From a virus (lineage: Duplodnaviria > Caudoviricetes): a DNA stretch of 64,000 nt. This document shows, piece after piece, positions 45,101-54,912 of the stretch. The notes beneath the pieces are model-generated. The model was not told the DNA's origin and made no database searches. It was given only the letters and a program-made list of their open reading frames with translations. Position numbers and translations under genes: made by a program. The stretch is taken from IMG/VR virus record IMGVR_UViG_3300002220_000003, positions 1-64,000 of that record, one strand, 5' to 3'. Each line of letters starts with the position of its first letter. Position 1 is the first letter of the stretch.

Positions 45101-45491
45101 GACCAATGGCAAGAGTTACGGAATAGGTATAATGAGTTGTATAAGTTGTCGATCCTCCTCCACCACCACCCTTACCTCCTGCTTCCGTTTCTGTAACATG
45201 AGGGATCGTTTGAAAATTCCCGTAATATAATAAATTACCACCAATCTTTTTTGTCCCGAATACAACGGCTATTGGAAGACCATAAGAAGATGATGTTATC
45301 TGGATCCCCGATGGAGAAGGCTTTTGTGCATCCGGGACATCTGCGGTTGTCGGAAATAAAGCACTTCCTAACATAGCCCCGGCCATGAATCCGATCTTTG
45401 CACCTAATAAAGGATTGCCGGTAAGAAATCCTATTCCAATACCTATTATCGCCCCGCCGGCAATCGATCCTATTTGTCCTGTATTAGCCAT
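42192..45491 (-). CDS. Tail tip / central fibre (lambda J-like host-specificity protein) with an inserted beta-propeller-like region
   Basis: SSYGLPIAVVFG..KIGGN, LC.GP, P.WKNLCYVVF, PNFTFEV and a phage-tail_3-like core. Confidence 0.8.
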   Translation of the reverse strand: MANTGQIGSIAGGAIIGIGIGFLTGNPLLGAKIGFMAGAMLGSALFPTTADVPDAQKPSPSGIQITSSSYGLPIAVVFGTKKIGGNLLYYGNFQTIPHVTETEAGGKGGGGGGSTTYTTHYTYSVTLAIGLCMGPADVLRIWAGNTLIDKSAYTVYDGTQITSDSNLVSAMTAEGKTRFPVWKNLCYVVFPNFDLGGSSNVPNFTFEVRGEISDDEVDSLSLLGYQNIETIETSEDSSVSVGEHGVTTIYIWKNFLWFNYRQKVCKYSLSDFSLVATYTMDYDGAYRGMVVDDTYIYLTTNSYGLSILRYYVSDGTFKDATSLWGATAYGRSGLTQDDDYLYFAFGGWASGNNTVRRLDKATMSVSDTLNNTSHYMYSSGAVLADNNGYLYLMAGEWYNGIFLIKFQLSDQSVIWTDEKIDGTNCYPLMSKFDMRQNKILLPSYYYHPPEYPLENALYELNISTSDPTYKSRVSETGVYEVGVAFKDNNEYWIVEHKEGEKIKLRQYIARDVPPTFVSRRILTNSLYGLGWDESTYLKTDTFLDTQEYCVDNDMLVSMSFEKQMSILDVLEYIIGHHNGYITYYDGMISHNQLKAETPIASYTDEYTVKDGNTLPIDITKKGLRDLFNKIIVEFTKRANDYNIATAIDDDSLDIRRFGLKPQTVKLDGLMTQERAQVMATLMLRKTLFNPRGLSFILGPKSLGLKPGEVITYTNALIELIDFDIRILSIGERDDYKIEVEAEEEGDGIHDVVSYGEDTFVSTETPDLCAEASGVVNPIMIEVHPHYTQGECILAINSSKPDEIQWAGATLYKSYINTGSFASHKRASFSGVVGEITDVGIDDDGNAYIEAQFTYDYTFSSASDLDTLLTSPKLNLFVAQGDYGDVYFRFQDATLVDTMKWRFSGIIFDCTGLTLLNSTGSMATGDLISLYNQVQFFPEMVESDKHRELYFKIASFNFRGQEQDLSDVDVLTKEILALCDKPLALSNIQINDVFVTNAGSITVDTGDIDLTLYTRNRKNQGFSTYVADTPDDVDFIEFKIVITKDDDTVLRTIFQSDKTYSYTEALQTEDGGPFSTYKFNVYQRSGGEFSDVYVITVNLV

Positions 45492-45921
45492 TAAATCTCC
45501 AAATTGATGATAAGAGATCATTATATTTTTGTTTGTGCATATTTGCCACTTGCGATAATTTTACTTTTTCTACGCCATTCTTAATGTGTGAATGAATCAT
45601 TTGTCCATTTCCAACATATATCCCTGCATGAGAAGAGGTCTTGCCGTAATGAAATAACAAAATATCTCCGGACTGCATTTGCATAACATCCACCCGAAAA
45701 CAAAATTTCTTTATCTCCTGCTCCAATATAGAGGCATCATTATGAAGGGCCCAGTCCCTTGTATATCTCGGAGGCCTATATGATTGAGGAATCTTATTTA
45801 TCTTTTTTCCGAGCAAAACCACCCATTGAATACAATCGGTAGAATCTCCTCTTAATGCCTGACCATGCCGCCACTTAGCACCAATCCACAATTCGGCCTC
45901 TTGCACAATAATATTATCCAT
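45484..45921 (-). CDS. NlpC/P60 tail assembly peptidase (lambda K-like)
   Basis: W.GAKWRH, DC, GDILLF, HAGIY.G.G.MIH. Confidence 0.85.
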   Translation of the reverse strand: MDNIIVQEAELWIGAKWRHGQALRGDSTDCIQWVVLLGKKINKIPQSYRPPRYTRDWALHNDASILEQEIKKFCFRVDVMQMQSGDILLFHYGKTSSHAGIYVGNGQMIHSHIKNGVEKVKLSQVANMHKQKYNDLLSSIWRFNG

Positions 45922-47302
45922 ATAAAGTCTCCGGTTTTGGGATTGTTTCAAATCCAAAAAAATTAGCATAATTGGAAATTTGAGCTCCCCACCATTCAAT
46001 ACATAAAACAGGACAAACATTATCTCCTGCTGTAATCGTATGATACCATCTTGAAGCACTACAATCATCCCCCATCTTAATAACTATAATAATAGAATTT
46101 CCACTCACCCATCCCGGACGATTAATTACAGACTCGAATACGTCCTTGAAATCTATTGAATAATATTCTTCGTCCTCTTTCCATATTTCTACGTTATTCC
46201 ATTCTTGTGATAATTCGGTAAGAGATAAAGCAAAAAATTCTTCAAAACTCGTAGGGGCGGCCGGGTCATCTGCATCAACACAATAAATAACAGCATTACA
46301 AGGAGGAGTCTCCCCGGCAATGGGAGACTCTGCCTTAAATTTAATTTTAATAGAAGTAAATTTTATCATTTCTTCTGAAATAGTTACATGAGGAAATCTT
46401 ATAAAAGCATGTCTGAATCCAAGAAAATAACCAAATGCCGATTTAACATTATTTGTATAAAAAACAGCATGGACATACCCTTCATCGGTTCCTACCGCCG
46501 GTTTAAATTCATCAATAGTATTCCCTTGCCATTTTATAGCACAAGTCTCTCCACTTTTATCACAGCCGGGCCATATTCTAAAGGTATCTGTCGTGGCAAC
46601 GGTTGCGGGAAGGGGAATATTTAATGTAACATATCCATCAAAATGCTGTTTGATCGTCCGGCTAATATTTATATTGGCCCCGGAGGTTATCTTTATTTCT
46701 CCCTTTGTCCAATATCCTTCCGGATGATTAACAAACTTTAAAAGGACATCATCATAAATAACCTTGTTTGTCGATCCATCTGTGCAGATCCCCGTGAAGG
46801 CATAATCGCCGGTTGCCAGAGTGCAATATTCGTCAAAAAGATTGTGATTGCAAAACTCAGAATAAATAAATTTTGGAAATTTATCCTGTAATTTATCAAG
46901 AATTGAACCAAAAGAACAAGTGATCGATCCCTGATTATAAATTATATCGCCTGTTAGATATCCCTCAAACCGGGTTGATAATAAAACACTATTTTCCCAG
47001 TCATACAAATAAATACATAAATGGGCATTTTTAAGATAATCTCTTTCTATGATTTGAGGAATTGTTAAAGTATCATCTCCGATTGTTATCCCAACAATAC
47101 CAAAAGTAACATCTACTTTATCTACCTGCAAATCGGAATGATATGAAATATTGGATCTTTTGATAGGAATCGATTGATAGGTCGCGCCGTTGTAAGAAAT
47201 GTTTTTATCATGAGGAGTAAAATAGGCCGACGCAACATAATTGCCATCAAGCACTATCTTATATAATTCGGCGGCCGCAATCTTTGTATCTGTCAATCCC
47301 AT
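45914..47302 (-). CDS. Tail hub protein (DUF2163/BR0599, lambda L-like) with an inserted domain
   Basis: FCNH.LFD..C, GCDK...TC, and NFFGF..IP.PE at the C-terminus. Confidence 0.8.
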   Translation of the reverse strand: MGLTDTKIAAAELYKIVLDGNYVASAYFTPHDKNISYNGATYQSIPIKRSNISYHSDLQVDKVDVTFGIVGITIGDDTLTIPQIIERDYLKNAHLCIYLYDWENSVLLSTRFEGYLTGDIIYNQGSITCSFGSILDKLQDKFPKFIYSEFCNHNLFDEYCTLATGDYAFTGICTDGSTNKVIYDDVLLKFVNHPEGYWTKGEIKITSGANINISRTIKQHFDGYVTLNIPLPATVATTDTFRIWPGCDKSGETCAIKWQGNTIDEFKPAVGTDEGYVHAVFYTNNVKSAFGYFLGFRHAFIRFPHVTISEEMIKFTSIKIKFKAESPIAGETPPCNAVIYCVDADDPAAPTSFEEFFALSLTELSQEWNNVEIWKEDEEYYSIDFKDVFESVINRPGWVSGNSIIIVIKMGDDCSASRWYHTITAGDNVCPVLCIEWWGAQISNYANFFGFETIPKPETLYG

Positions 47303-47383
47303 GCTTCTTCCCCCTAAATTCACCCTCTGATATCATGGGAATTGCCATTACAAATGATTTTCCCTTATCAAAAGGGTATTTGC

Positions 47384-47917
47384 CTATCCAGCGACTTGAA
47401 TAAACTCCACAACCCCAAATTTATATAGATTGAGCATAAAATAATCCATATTCAATTGATCCTCTACAAATCTTACAGTATAGGTATTTTCCGCCCAAAT
47501 AATTGTATTATCACTGACCGTCGCATTTGTCCCTGTCGGAAATATTGGAGCAGATCCCCCGGATAAGCCGGCCGTTGTACATTTATAGCTATGTCCATTT
47601 GCCACTATCGGCCTTATGATCTGATTTAAGGAATAAGTTGTATTTGTAGCATGTACCACATTTCTGGTTGCCTCATCTTCTGCCTTGAGATAAAAAGCCG
47701 TATATGCACCCTTGCAAGTTTCAAAAAATGCTTGAATCAAATCGGCATCACTCGGTCTCAATCGAGAAAAAGTTAATTTGAAATGATACTGAGGATCCTC
47801 ATCAAGAGAAATTCTCTGTTCGCTCTTATTGCCATAGTCAATAATATTTGTCCTAAACTTTGGAATCTTGATCAATGAATATTGTGATTTGACTTCCGGA
47901 AAAGAGGTTAATGACAT
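47384..47917 (-). CDS. Distal tail protein (DUF2460-like) with a small carbohydrate-binding-like insert
   Basis: SEQR, FF....G....F, VRF.ED; insert NGHSYKCTTAG.SG...P. Confidence 0.65.
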   Translation of the reverse strand: MSLTSFPEVKSQYSLIKIPKFRTNIIDYGNKSEQRISLDEDPQYHFKLTFSRLRPSDADLIQAFFETCKGAYTAFYLKAEDEATRNVVHATNTTYSLNQIIRPIVANGHSYKCTTAGLSGGSAPIFPTGTNATVSDNTIIWAENTYTVRFVEDQLNMDYFMLNLYKFGVVEFIQVAG

Positions 47918-50862
47918 TATCTCCTCCCTCTCCTTGTAGGATGATTATCTCTTACAGCGGCCTGACCGGCACTGGCAAAAATTGTCTTATTTTCATATGC
48001 AAATGAGGCAAAACTTTTTGCATCCATCGCAGAGATATTAAACTGATTGACGATAATAGATTCTTGTCCACTACCTGACATAACTCCTAAATTACCTGAC
48101 GCATCCCGGGCAAGCGGCATTATGGCCTCCGCCTTATTTCCCTCCGCCATCGATCCGATAGGGAAATATGTTTGTTTATCAACAATCCCTCCCCGCTTAA
48201 ATGGAACAATCCGACCATTACGAAAAATATTTCCATGGGCACTTCCCACATATCCCGACCAATCTGTAGGATAATCAGTAGTATTTGCAACCGCGTTACC
48301 ACCTCCTGATAATCCGAGCATCCCGGCAAGCCCTCCAAATAAACTCGTTAGACCTGCTCCACCAGCCTCAACTACCGGCTTAATTACTTGAATTCTTAAA
48401 AACTCCTTGAGAATATCATTCGCAACATTTCTTGCCAGATTGCTCATATCCATAAACCCTTCACTCGTCGAATCAAAAAAATCAAGAAATGCATCTTCGA
48501 TAGTTGAAAGGGCATTATCATAAAATTGCACCCATGACTTCGTTGTATTCTCAGAATCAGATTTATACATATCTTGTCTTGCCTTGAGGGCATCCCACAC
48601 ATTTGAAGAATTATCTATGATATATTGATAATACTCTTTGAGGATACTTTTGTTCTGCTCAATTTCCCATTGATCAGCCCCGGGTAAACCCATCGATTTC
48701 ATATCATCGGAAATATTTTTGATCTGCTGTTTTTTATAAGTAAGATAATTCGGATCTGCATAGCCAATGGCCCCTCTTAATTTCTCTTTATAGGTCTGCA
48801 TTTCAATATCCTGCATATCTTTGAGCACATTTTTTTGTTTAACAAGGATAAAAAGTTTCTGCTCTTCCACTCTCATTTCTTTTGTATCTGCTTCATATGA
48901 TCCCGCTTCTGCGGCCGCTATATTGAGTTTTAGAGTTTGTTCTTTTATCTCCTGATCAAGGATCCTTTGCTGGATATCAAATTTCTCCTCCAATGCAATC
49001 TTCTCGGTTTTATCTCCTTTGAGGATACTCAATTCCATCAACTTCGCCTGCAAATCTGTTTCTATTTTGAGGATCTTCCCGGCGGCCTGCTCTTTCGCCA
49101 TCACATATTCATCTTCCATTTTTTGCTTTTCTTTATCTGTTTTAAGAAGCTGATTGTTAAGTTCGGTTGCCTGCTTAACCTTATACTCATCGACCTTCAA
49201 TATCTTCCATTGATTAACAAGGGCCTGATCAACTCCTTCTTTAGCGTATTTGGCCGCTTGTAACTCGATCAATCCCAATGTATCATGCGTCATCTTTTCA
49301 ATTTCTTCTCTGAGTTTTTCTGTTGCGCCCTTTGCTTTCTCGTCTGCATCTTTTGGTTGAGGATTTTGTTGATAATCACGGCCCTCAAATTTTGTAGGTG
49401 CCCGGTAATATCTTGCAACACCTTCTTCGGTATACATTTTTACATGGCCGTATGATTCCGGAGGGGCCGCCATATTTTCTAATTCTTTCTGGGAAACGGG
49501 AATTAATCCTGAATTTGCTTTCATCGCCTGATCAAGAAGGGCAATGTCTTGTTTATTATATCTATCTTGAAACATCTTATTTTTCTTTTCCCAATATCCG
49601 GGCTCAACTTCGCCCGGCGACTCGGCAATGCCCATTTCCTCTGCCAAACTCCGATATCCTCTTTTGTGCCTCTCTCCGGAAACGGTAGCCATTATCGTCG
49701 TCAAGGTGCCTCCGACCTTATCCAAAAACATTGCCAGCCGGCGAACCTCTGCAACAACATAATCAATCACTGCTTTGAAATCCTTGATTCCCTCTACCAA
49801 GTCCTCACTCCATTTTATTTGCTTAACGGTTTTACCAAATTTATCAGTTACCTCTTCGATCGTGATCAGAGAATCTGTTACATCCATCAACCATCCTTTA
49901 ATCATTTCAAAAAGGCCTTCAAAAGCCTTGCCGGCGGTCATCATGACTATATCTCTAAAATTTGACCATAGGCCCTGCCACGTTTTTTGAGACTCAACCC
50001 CGGCGATAGTATAAGCCGATAATTTTTCCATCAGAAAATCGTATAACTTACCCTCTTTCTGCAATTCAATAATTCTTTTATTATCAGCAGAAGACAATCC
50101 CATAACGGTTGCAATTCTTGTTGTCCTTGGATTGATTACTCCCATTAAAAGAGATCGTGTTTCTTCTGCGAGCTGATGTAATAACATAGGATCGATTGCC
50201 CCGGCGGCCTGCACCATTGCCACCGTAAAATTCTTTGCCTGCTCTTTACTGAATCCTCTCGACATAGCGACCGGCAACGCCTGAGAATAAGCAACAATCA
50301 ACTGATCAAGGGTCGCAATTGTTTGAAGGTTTGCGATCTGCAATTCCTCAACCATCTTTTTTGCATCCATTTGAGCCGCAGCCAGTGCATCAGTCCCTTG
50401 TAATGCTTTGCCGGTGAATTGATCGATATATTTTCCGTTCATCATAAATGATGTTGCGATACCAAGTGTCGCGCCTTCAATTTTTCCGAGATAATTTAAT
50501 GCAGGAGAAACAAACATTTTAATTGCTACCGCTGCCCCGGCAATGGCAAATCCTACTTTCATAAAAGCCATACCAAGAGATCCAGTAGATTTCTCCACCT
50601 GCCCTAAAGAACCGACATCAAGATCCAATTGTTTAGCGAGCTTCGAAGCCTCTCCCCGGGTAAGACCTAACATCTTCGACATATCCTGAAACCCTTTGGT
50701 TGCTTTTTCAGTCCTCGCCATTGATAGCATTTGTCGCTCAAGGTCTTTAACTTCCCTCTGGGTCTTTATCGCCGATGTTCCTGTTGCGGCAAGATTACTC
50801 CTAAATCGTGTAAGAGCGGCATTTGCTTCGTCGGCCGTTAAGGCGATTCTCATCCCGGGCAT
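47917..50862 (-). CDS. Tape measure protein
   Basis: 981-aa helical protein after the chaperone pair; C-terminal AHGN.F..G....F..GG and AEG..AEAIMPL.R...G.LGV. Confidence 0.9.
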   Translation of the reverse strand: MPGMRIALTADEANAALTRFRSNLAATGTSAIKTQREVKDLERQMLSMARTEKATKGFQDMSKMLGLTRGEASKLAKQLDLDVGSLGQVEKSTGSLGMAFMKVGFAIAGAAVAIKMFVSPALNYLGKIEGATLGIATSFMMNGKYIDQFTGKALQGTDALAAAQMDAKKMVEELQIANLQTIATLDQLIVAYSQALPVAMSRGFSKEQAKNFTVAMVQAAGAIDPMLLHQLAEETRSLLMGVINPRTTRIATVMGLSSADNKRIIELQKEGKLYDFLMEKLSAYTIAGVESQKTWQGLWSNFRDIVMMTAGKAFEGLFEMIKGWLMDVTDSLITIEEVTDKFGKTVKQIKWSEDLVEGIKDFKAVIDYVVAEVRRLAMFLDKVGGTLTTIMATVSGERHKRGYRSLAEEMGIAESPGEVEPGYWEKKNKMFQDRYNKQDIALLDQAMKANSGLIPVSQKELENMAAPPESYGHVKMYTEEGVARYYRAPTKFEGRDYQQNPQPKDADEKAKGATEKLREEIEKMTHDTLGLIELQAAKYAKEGVDQALVNQWKILKVDEYKVKQATELNNQLLKTDKEKQKMEDEYVMAKEQAAGKILKIETDLQAKLMELSILKGDKTEKIALEEKFDIQQRILDQEIKEQTLKLNIAAAEAGSYEADTKEMRVEEQKLFILVKQKNVLKDMQDIEMQTYKEKLRGAIGYADPNYLTYKKQQIKNISDDMKSMGLPGADQWEIEQNKSILKEYYQYIIDNSSNVWDALKARQDMYKSDSENTTKSWVQFYDNALSTIEDAFLDFFDSTSEGFMDMSNLARNVANDILKEFLRIQVIKPVVEAGGAGLTSLFGGLAGMLGLSGGGNAVANTTDYPTDWSGYVGSAHGNIFRNGRIVPFKRGGIVDKQTYFPIGSMAEGNKAEAIMPLARDASGNLGVMSGSGQESIIVNQFNISAMDAKSFASFAYENKTIFASAGQAAVRDNHPTRRGRR

Positions 50863-50865
50863 TAT

Positions 50866-51195
50866 TTATTCTCCTTCTATCTTTTTACAAAAAAGCATCG
50901 GATATAATTTTTCCTCCAATAAAATCATCTTCTCCAAATCACCCGTTGTCGCATCATGCCTTTCACAAATATCAGTCATCGTAAGTGATGACAATGGCAA
51001 ATACCCGGTAAGCCCAACCGGGCGATCAAACTTTGAGGCAAGTGACCAAAGCTCCCACGCAGTTTCATTTTCATACATAAGATCCGGTTTATTGCATTCA
51101 TCACAAGGCGGCTCACCATCATAAATTTCCTCACACTCATCACAAGATACAATGCCGGGCAGACAAATCCATTCTGCCCAGCCTATGAGTTTTTT
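50866..51195 (-). CDS. Tail assembly chaperone GT extension reached by -1 frameshift
   Basis: The -1 frame is open from the slippery site into track ORF 50866..51078 (KLIGWAEW..C..C..C..C..WELW). Confidence 0.75.
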   Translation of the reverse strand, partial: KKLIGWAEWICLPGIVSCDECEEIYDGEPPCDECNKPDLMYENETAWELWSLASKFDRPVGLTGYLPLSSLTMTDICERHDATTGDLEKMILLEEKLYPMLFCKKIEGE

Positions 51196-51566
51196 GTTTC
51201 TTCTCCTTTGGCAACATTTCTTATATCAGCAAGTCGATCAGCCTCATCGAGAACCTCATCAATCAAGTCTCGATTATAATTATAAACGGCTTCTTTATTG
51301 ACAGCAGTGCATTTAATCGAATTGCCATCCTGATCCTCAACCCCTTCCCAGTCGATTATTGTCTTGTCGATTCTGGCGACCTTGAGCTTATACATAGTTT
51401 CACTATCAAAGATATCTTTGCTCTTACGCCCTGTCGATTGATTTGTAACTTGAGTAACGAGTTTTGAATTTTCTTTTGGAGTCAGAAGATCAACGAGAAA
51501 TCTCGCCGTTTCCTCGCCATTGGTTTTCTCGATCCATACCTGTTGTTTTTCCGTCCTTAATTTCAT
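51183..51566 (-). CDS. Tail assembly chaperone G
   Basis: Lies between tail tube and tape measure genes; IIDWEGVED.DG motif. Confidence 0.82.
   Translation of the reverse strand: MKLRTEKQQVWIEKTNGEETARFLVDLLTPKENSKLVTQVTNQSTGRKSKDIFDSETMYKLKVARIDKTIIDWEGVEDQDGNSIKCTAVNKEAVYNYNRDLIDEVLDEADRLADIRNVAKGEETKNS
51189..51195 (-). other. Programmed -1 frameshift heptamer A AAA AAC
   Basis: GAA ACA AAA AAC TCA TAG at the end of the G gene; the frames match. Confidence 0.78.
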
Positions 51567-51674
51567 AAGGCCTCCTCTTTAGATTTTTGATCACCCGGGA
51601 AAAAAGGAAGCACGGAAGGACTCCGGGAAAATCCTTGTCGGCCGCTGCCAGCCTATCCGTGCCTTGCAGGGACA

Positions 51675-53051
51675 TTATTTAAACACAATCTCCAAACTAT
51701 CCTCGCCTTCTGTTCCGAGTGCCGTCAATGGGATTGACAATTCCATTGCCGGCGGGGCAAAGGATATCTCGGGAACCTGAAGTTTTGTCCGGGGCATATA
51801 AATTTCCATCATATACCCTTGCGTATCGCCGAAGACAAGCCTTGTCGCAACTTCATTACCATCATACCCATCCTTAAAATGCTTTGCATCTTGTCTGCGA
51901 AAATACAAGGACAGATTTGAATTGATATCCCGGACATCTTCAAGATAATCAGTAGGATATTCATCTCCCACCTCATCTACGGGATATTGTTTCGGCGTTC
52001 CGATATTCAATGTTCCTCTCCTGATCTTTGTTGATACTTCATCGATATAAGCAACAGAGTCTTTTGCTTCTATTGCTGTGCCGATTACCGTTTCGGAGGG
52101 AACATATCCTTTGATGACATCACTGGTTGCCCATGCCGCACCGACGGCCGAATTCAAGGTAATAACATTTGTCGTTGCATTCGATGCACTGATCAGAAAT
52201 CCGGCGGATGATTTTGTATAATTATACAAATACATCCCTACACAATATCTCTTTGCGTCGGCAACCGTTATCGTAGTCTGACCCGCCGTCGCATTTGATG
52301 CAAGAGCATCGGTGCCGGCCCATTTCATCTGCATTCCCTGACCGGTAAAAGTTATCGCCAGACCTCCCTCATTCGTTATCTCAAGAACGGCGCTGACGAT
52401 CGAGCATCCGGACATGGCCTGAATAAAATGATCACTTTCTATCCATAACGAAAATGATGGAGAGGTTGTTTGCTGTTTATAAAAGATACTCGTCAAAGTA
52501 CAGAGGGCATCAGTAAGCTGTGCCGTAGCCGTTGTTGCTGCATAGGCCCTTGTCAATCCGGTAATCGTCCCGGTTGATGAGGATGCCGCCTTGATCAAAT
52601 TCGTATATGCTATCTTTTCCGAACCTATCGTGATAACTCCGGTATGAGGAAAATTGCCTGATATCGCCTTGAGAGATGCTGTTGCAATAGATGATGATAT
52701 TCCAGCCGAAAGAGACGCGGTCGTTGCAGACTGGACACATCCCTGCAATGATCTGAAAAGGGTATTGCCTTGAGGCGGGCTTGAAGTGGCAAGGGTGCCG
52801 GACGGCCTTATATACATTTTCAAGGTAAAATCACCGGCCGGGGTCGCATTTTGAAATTGATCAAGAACATCAAGCGTATCTCTCAACTCTTCGGAACTAA
52901 CGAATGTTGGACGCTGGTTCATGACCGCATTGCCGGCAGGCCTGATAAAATCGGTCGTACCATTTGGAAATTTTAACGTACCGACGACTGATTCCAATGT
53001 CACAAAAACCTTCTGTTTCCGGGAAAGACCAATTTCTGATTGTATACTCAT
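51675..53051 (-). CDS. Major tail tube protein with inserted beta domains
   Basis: 458 aa, S/T/A-rich; tube-like N- and C-terminal parts; upstream of the chaperones. Confidence 0.78.
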   Translation of the reverse strand: MSIQSEIGLSRKQKVFVTLESVVGTLKFPNGTTDFIRPAGNAVMNQRPTFVSSEELRDTLDVLDQFQNATPAGDFTLKMYIRPSGTLATSSPPQGNTLFRSLQGCVQSATTASLSAGISSSIATASLKAISGNFPHTGVITIGSEKIAYTNLIKAASSSTGTITGLTRAYAATTATAQLTDALCTLTSIFYKQQTTSPSFSLWIESDHFIQAMSGCSIVSAVLEITNEGGLAITFTGQGMQMKWAGTDALASNATAGQTTITVADAKRYCVGMYLYNYTKSSAGFLISASNATTNVITLNSAVGAAWATSDVIKGYVPSETVIGTAIEAKDSVAYIDEVSTKIRRGTLNIGTPKQYPVDEVGDEYPTDYLEDVRDINSNLSLYFRRQDAKHFKDGYDGNEVATRLVFGDTQGYMMEIYMPRTKLQVPEISFAPPAMELSIPLTALGTEGEDSLEIVFK

Positions 53052-53076
53052 TTCCTTACCTCCTTCTCTCTTTTAT

Positions 53077-53658
53077 TTAAGTATCTTTTCCATAAATCTT
53101 GTTAACATAAAATTTGATACTTGCATCCAAAACAATAACTTCACCGCTTATCCCGGATCCGGCGGAATTAGCAATTCTCCTTATTCTACCGGCTATATAT
53201 TCACCTGCAACCAAACTGGATAATGTAAAAGGAATGCAATAAGTAAAGTAAGCGGAGGCCGTTGCAAGAGTATCTGAATCAACATTAATATCACCGGAAT
53301 CAACAGAAGTCACGCTTGAGCTTGCCAGACTTGCACTTGTAATACCATCCCATGAACAATTCAACTGGAATTTTGTATCGGCCGTTTCAGAACTCGATAA
53401 GGCCACGAGTAATTCAAGAATCGCTGAATCAACATCGTTCCATTGATCCGGGACTTTTGAACGAAAATATATTTCTTCAGTGGCCGTCGCTCCCGTTGAC
53501 CAAACCGGCAGGGAAAGACCTTTGAAAGCACCCAATTTTACAACACTTGGTGTCGACATAGTAGCCGATTCAAGATTCAATCTTTCAATCATCCTGATCC
53601 GGCCAGACATATCAAGCTGTGGGACCTCTTTCAATAATTCTACATAATCTCTTTTCAT
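53077..53658 (-). CDS. Virion structural protein, unknown function
   Basis: Beta-rich 193 aa within the neck/tail operon. Confidence 0.55.
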   Translation of the reverse strand: MKRDYVELLKEVPQLDMSGRIRMIERLNLESATMSTPSVVKLGAFKGLSLPVWSTGATATEEIYFRSKVPDQWNDVDSAILELLVALSSSETADTKFQLNCSWDGITSASLASSSVTSVDSGDINVDSDTLATASAYFTYCIPFTLSSLVAGEYIAGRIRRIANSAGSGISGEVIVLDASIKFYVNKIYGKDT

Positions 53659-53678
53659 TTATTTCCTCCTCATTATAA

Positions 53679-54077
53679 TCATTCCCCTACCCAACAATGA
53701 AAATCAACAGACATCATAATATGATAATACCCATTTGGATCTTGTCCCGCAGGATTACTTGAAGGCTCATCAAACCAAATACCGCTCACATCGGCCCTTC
53801 TAAATATTGTCTCCAATCGATCCGCAAGTTTATTTAATGTCTGTGATCCATTTCCTTTTTGATCAAACAATGATACCATCAACAATCCATCACGAAGACC
53901 AACCCCATCATCTCCGAGTTCACCCACGATTGTCGAAGGGATCTTGATAACTGGCCTGATCCAAGGAGCATTATCCGGCGGAATGAAATTATGATTTGGC
54001 CACTCAATCACAGAAGCGGTCGCCCATGATGTCATCAACTGGGTAAAAATCGCTACTGATGCCGATGCTAATGTCAT
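53679..54077 (-). CDS. Tail terminator-like protein
   Basis: WPN..F.PP..APWIR, G.L.V.LF...G.G, AD.L...F. Confidence 0.72.
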   Translation of the reverse strand: MTLASASVAIFTQLMTSWATASVIEWPNHNFIPPDNAPWIRPVIKIPSTIVGELGDDGVGLRDGLLMVSLFDQKGNGSQTLNKLADRLETIFRRADVSGIWFDEPSSNPAGQDPNGYYHIMMSVDFHCWVGE

Positions 54078-54553
54078 TTAAAAAACCCCGTCACTTTTAA
54101 TTGAGTAATCTGTTTCTGCATAATCGCTTCAACTTCCGTCATCGCCTGACGATATATACCTTGAGGAGCCTGACCGCTATGGCCATTTTCAAGGGGTTCG
54201 GCATAGGGAAGATTATTGAAAATAAAAATCGTACCGCTACCGACAGACCAAATCCATCCTTGAGCTTTGGCAAGGGCTAATGCTTGTGCGCTCCCCGGAT
54301 TACCACCTTTAGGTATCTTGATTATTCCTTCATCACCGGCAGGCTCATGATTTGCAATACCATGGCTTGCCCTATATGAGCCCGTATCAATCGGCGATCT
54401 TCTCACAATATTACTAAATAAATCGAGAACAGTTTTTCTAACAACTTTCTCGAATTGATTTTGCAATATTCCCCCCAATTCCATTAAGGATTTGGAAAAA
54501 GATTCGGCTGATTGATTCATCTTGTCTTGTAATCCTATGTCGTAAGCACCCAT
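54074..54553 (-). CDS. HK97 gp10-like tail-completion/neck protein
   Basis: SPIDTG.YRAS, FNNLPYA..LE.GHS.QAP.G. Confidence 0.78.
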   Translation of the reverse strand: MGAYDIGLQDKMNQSAESFSKSLMELGGILQNQFEKVVRKTVLDLFSNIVRRSPIDTGSYRASHGIANHEPAGDEGIIKIPKGGNPGSAQALALAKAQGWIWSVGSGTIFIFNNLPYAEPLENGHSGQAPQGIYRQAMTEVEAIMQKQITQLKVTGFFK

Positions 54554-54912
54554 TACACAATCCAAATTTTAAAAATGACAGGAGTGCCACCGGGCTGAAT
54601 AGGCTCAATTTTTGTCGGCTGATACACCTTGTCATCATATAGGATCTTCAATTTTGTCTGATCATCAAGAGCAGGAAGATCCTTTGCAGGGAAAAGAATT
54701 GCTCCATTCCTGATCTTTGCCAAAAATCCTGAATCATCTTTTCTTATGATACTGGTAAAAACTCCTTTTGCTTCATATCCGGCCGTTGCCATTGTATAGG
54801 AATCTGTTGCGGGATTAAATGATGATAGAGTAGCAACCTCTATCACCATATCAATCCCGTATTTATCAATCATTCGCAAAGACCTATCTTGCAATCTTGG
54901 ATAATCCATCAT
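54553..54912 (-). CDS. Head-closure (head-tail joining) protein
   Basis: 119 aa; typical position and composition. Confidence 0.62.
   Translation of the reverse strand: MMDYPRLQDRSLRMIDKYGIDMVIEVATLSSFNPATDSYTMATAGYEAKGVFTSIIRKDDSGFLAKIRNGAILFPAKDLPALDDQTKLKILYDDKVYQPTKIEPIQPGGTPVIFKIWIV

Noticed and set aside
38358-45491. Diversity-generating retroelement acting on tail genes
   Set aside because: No reverse transcriptase and no TR/VR pair with adenine-specific mismatches were noticed; the internal fibre duplication is too diverged.
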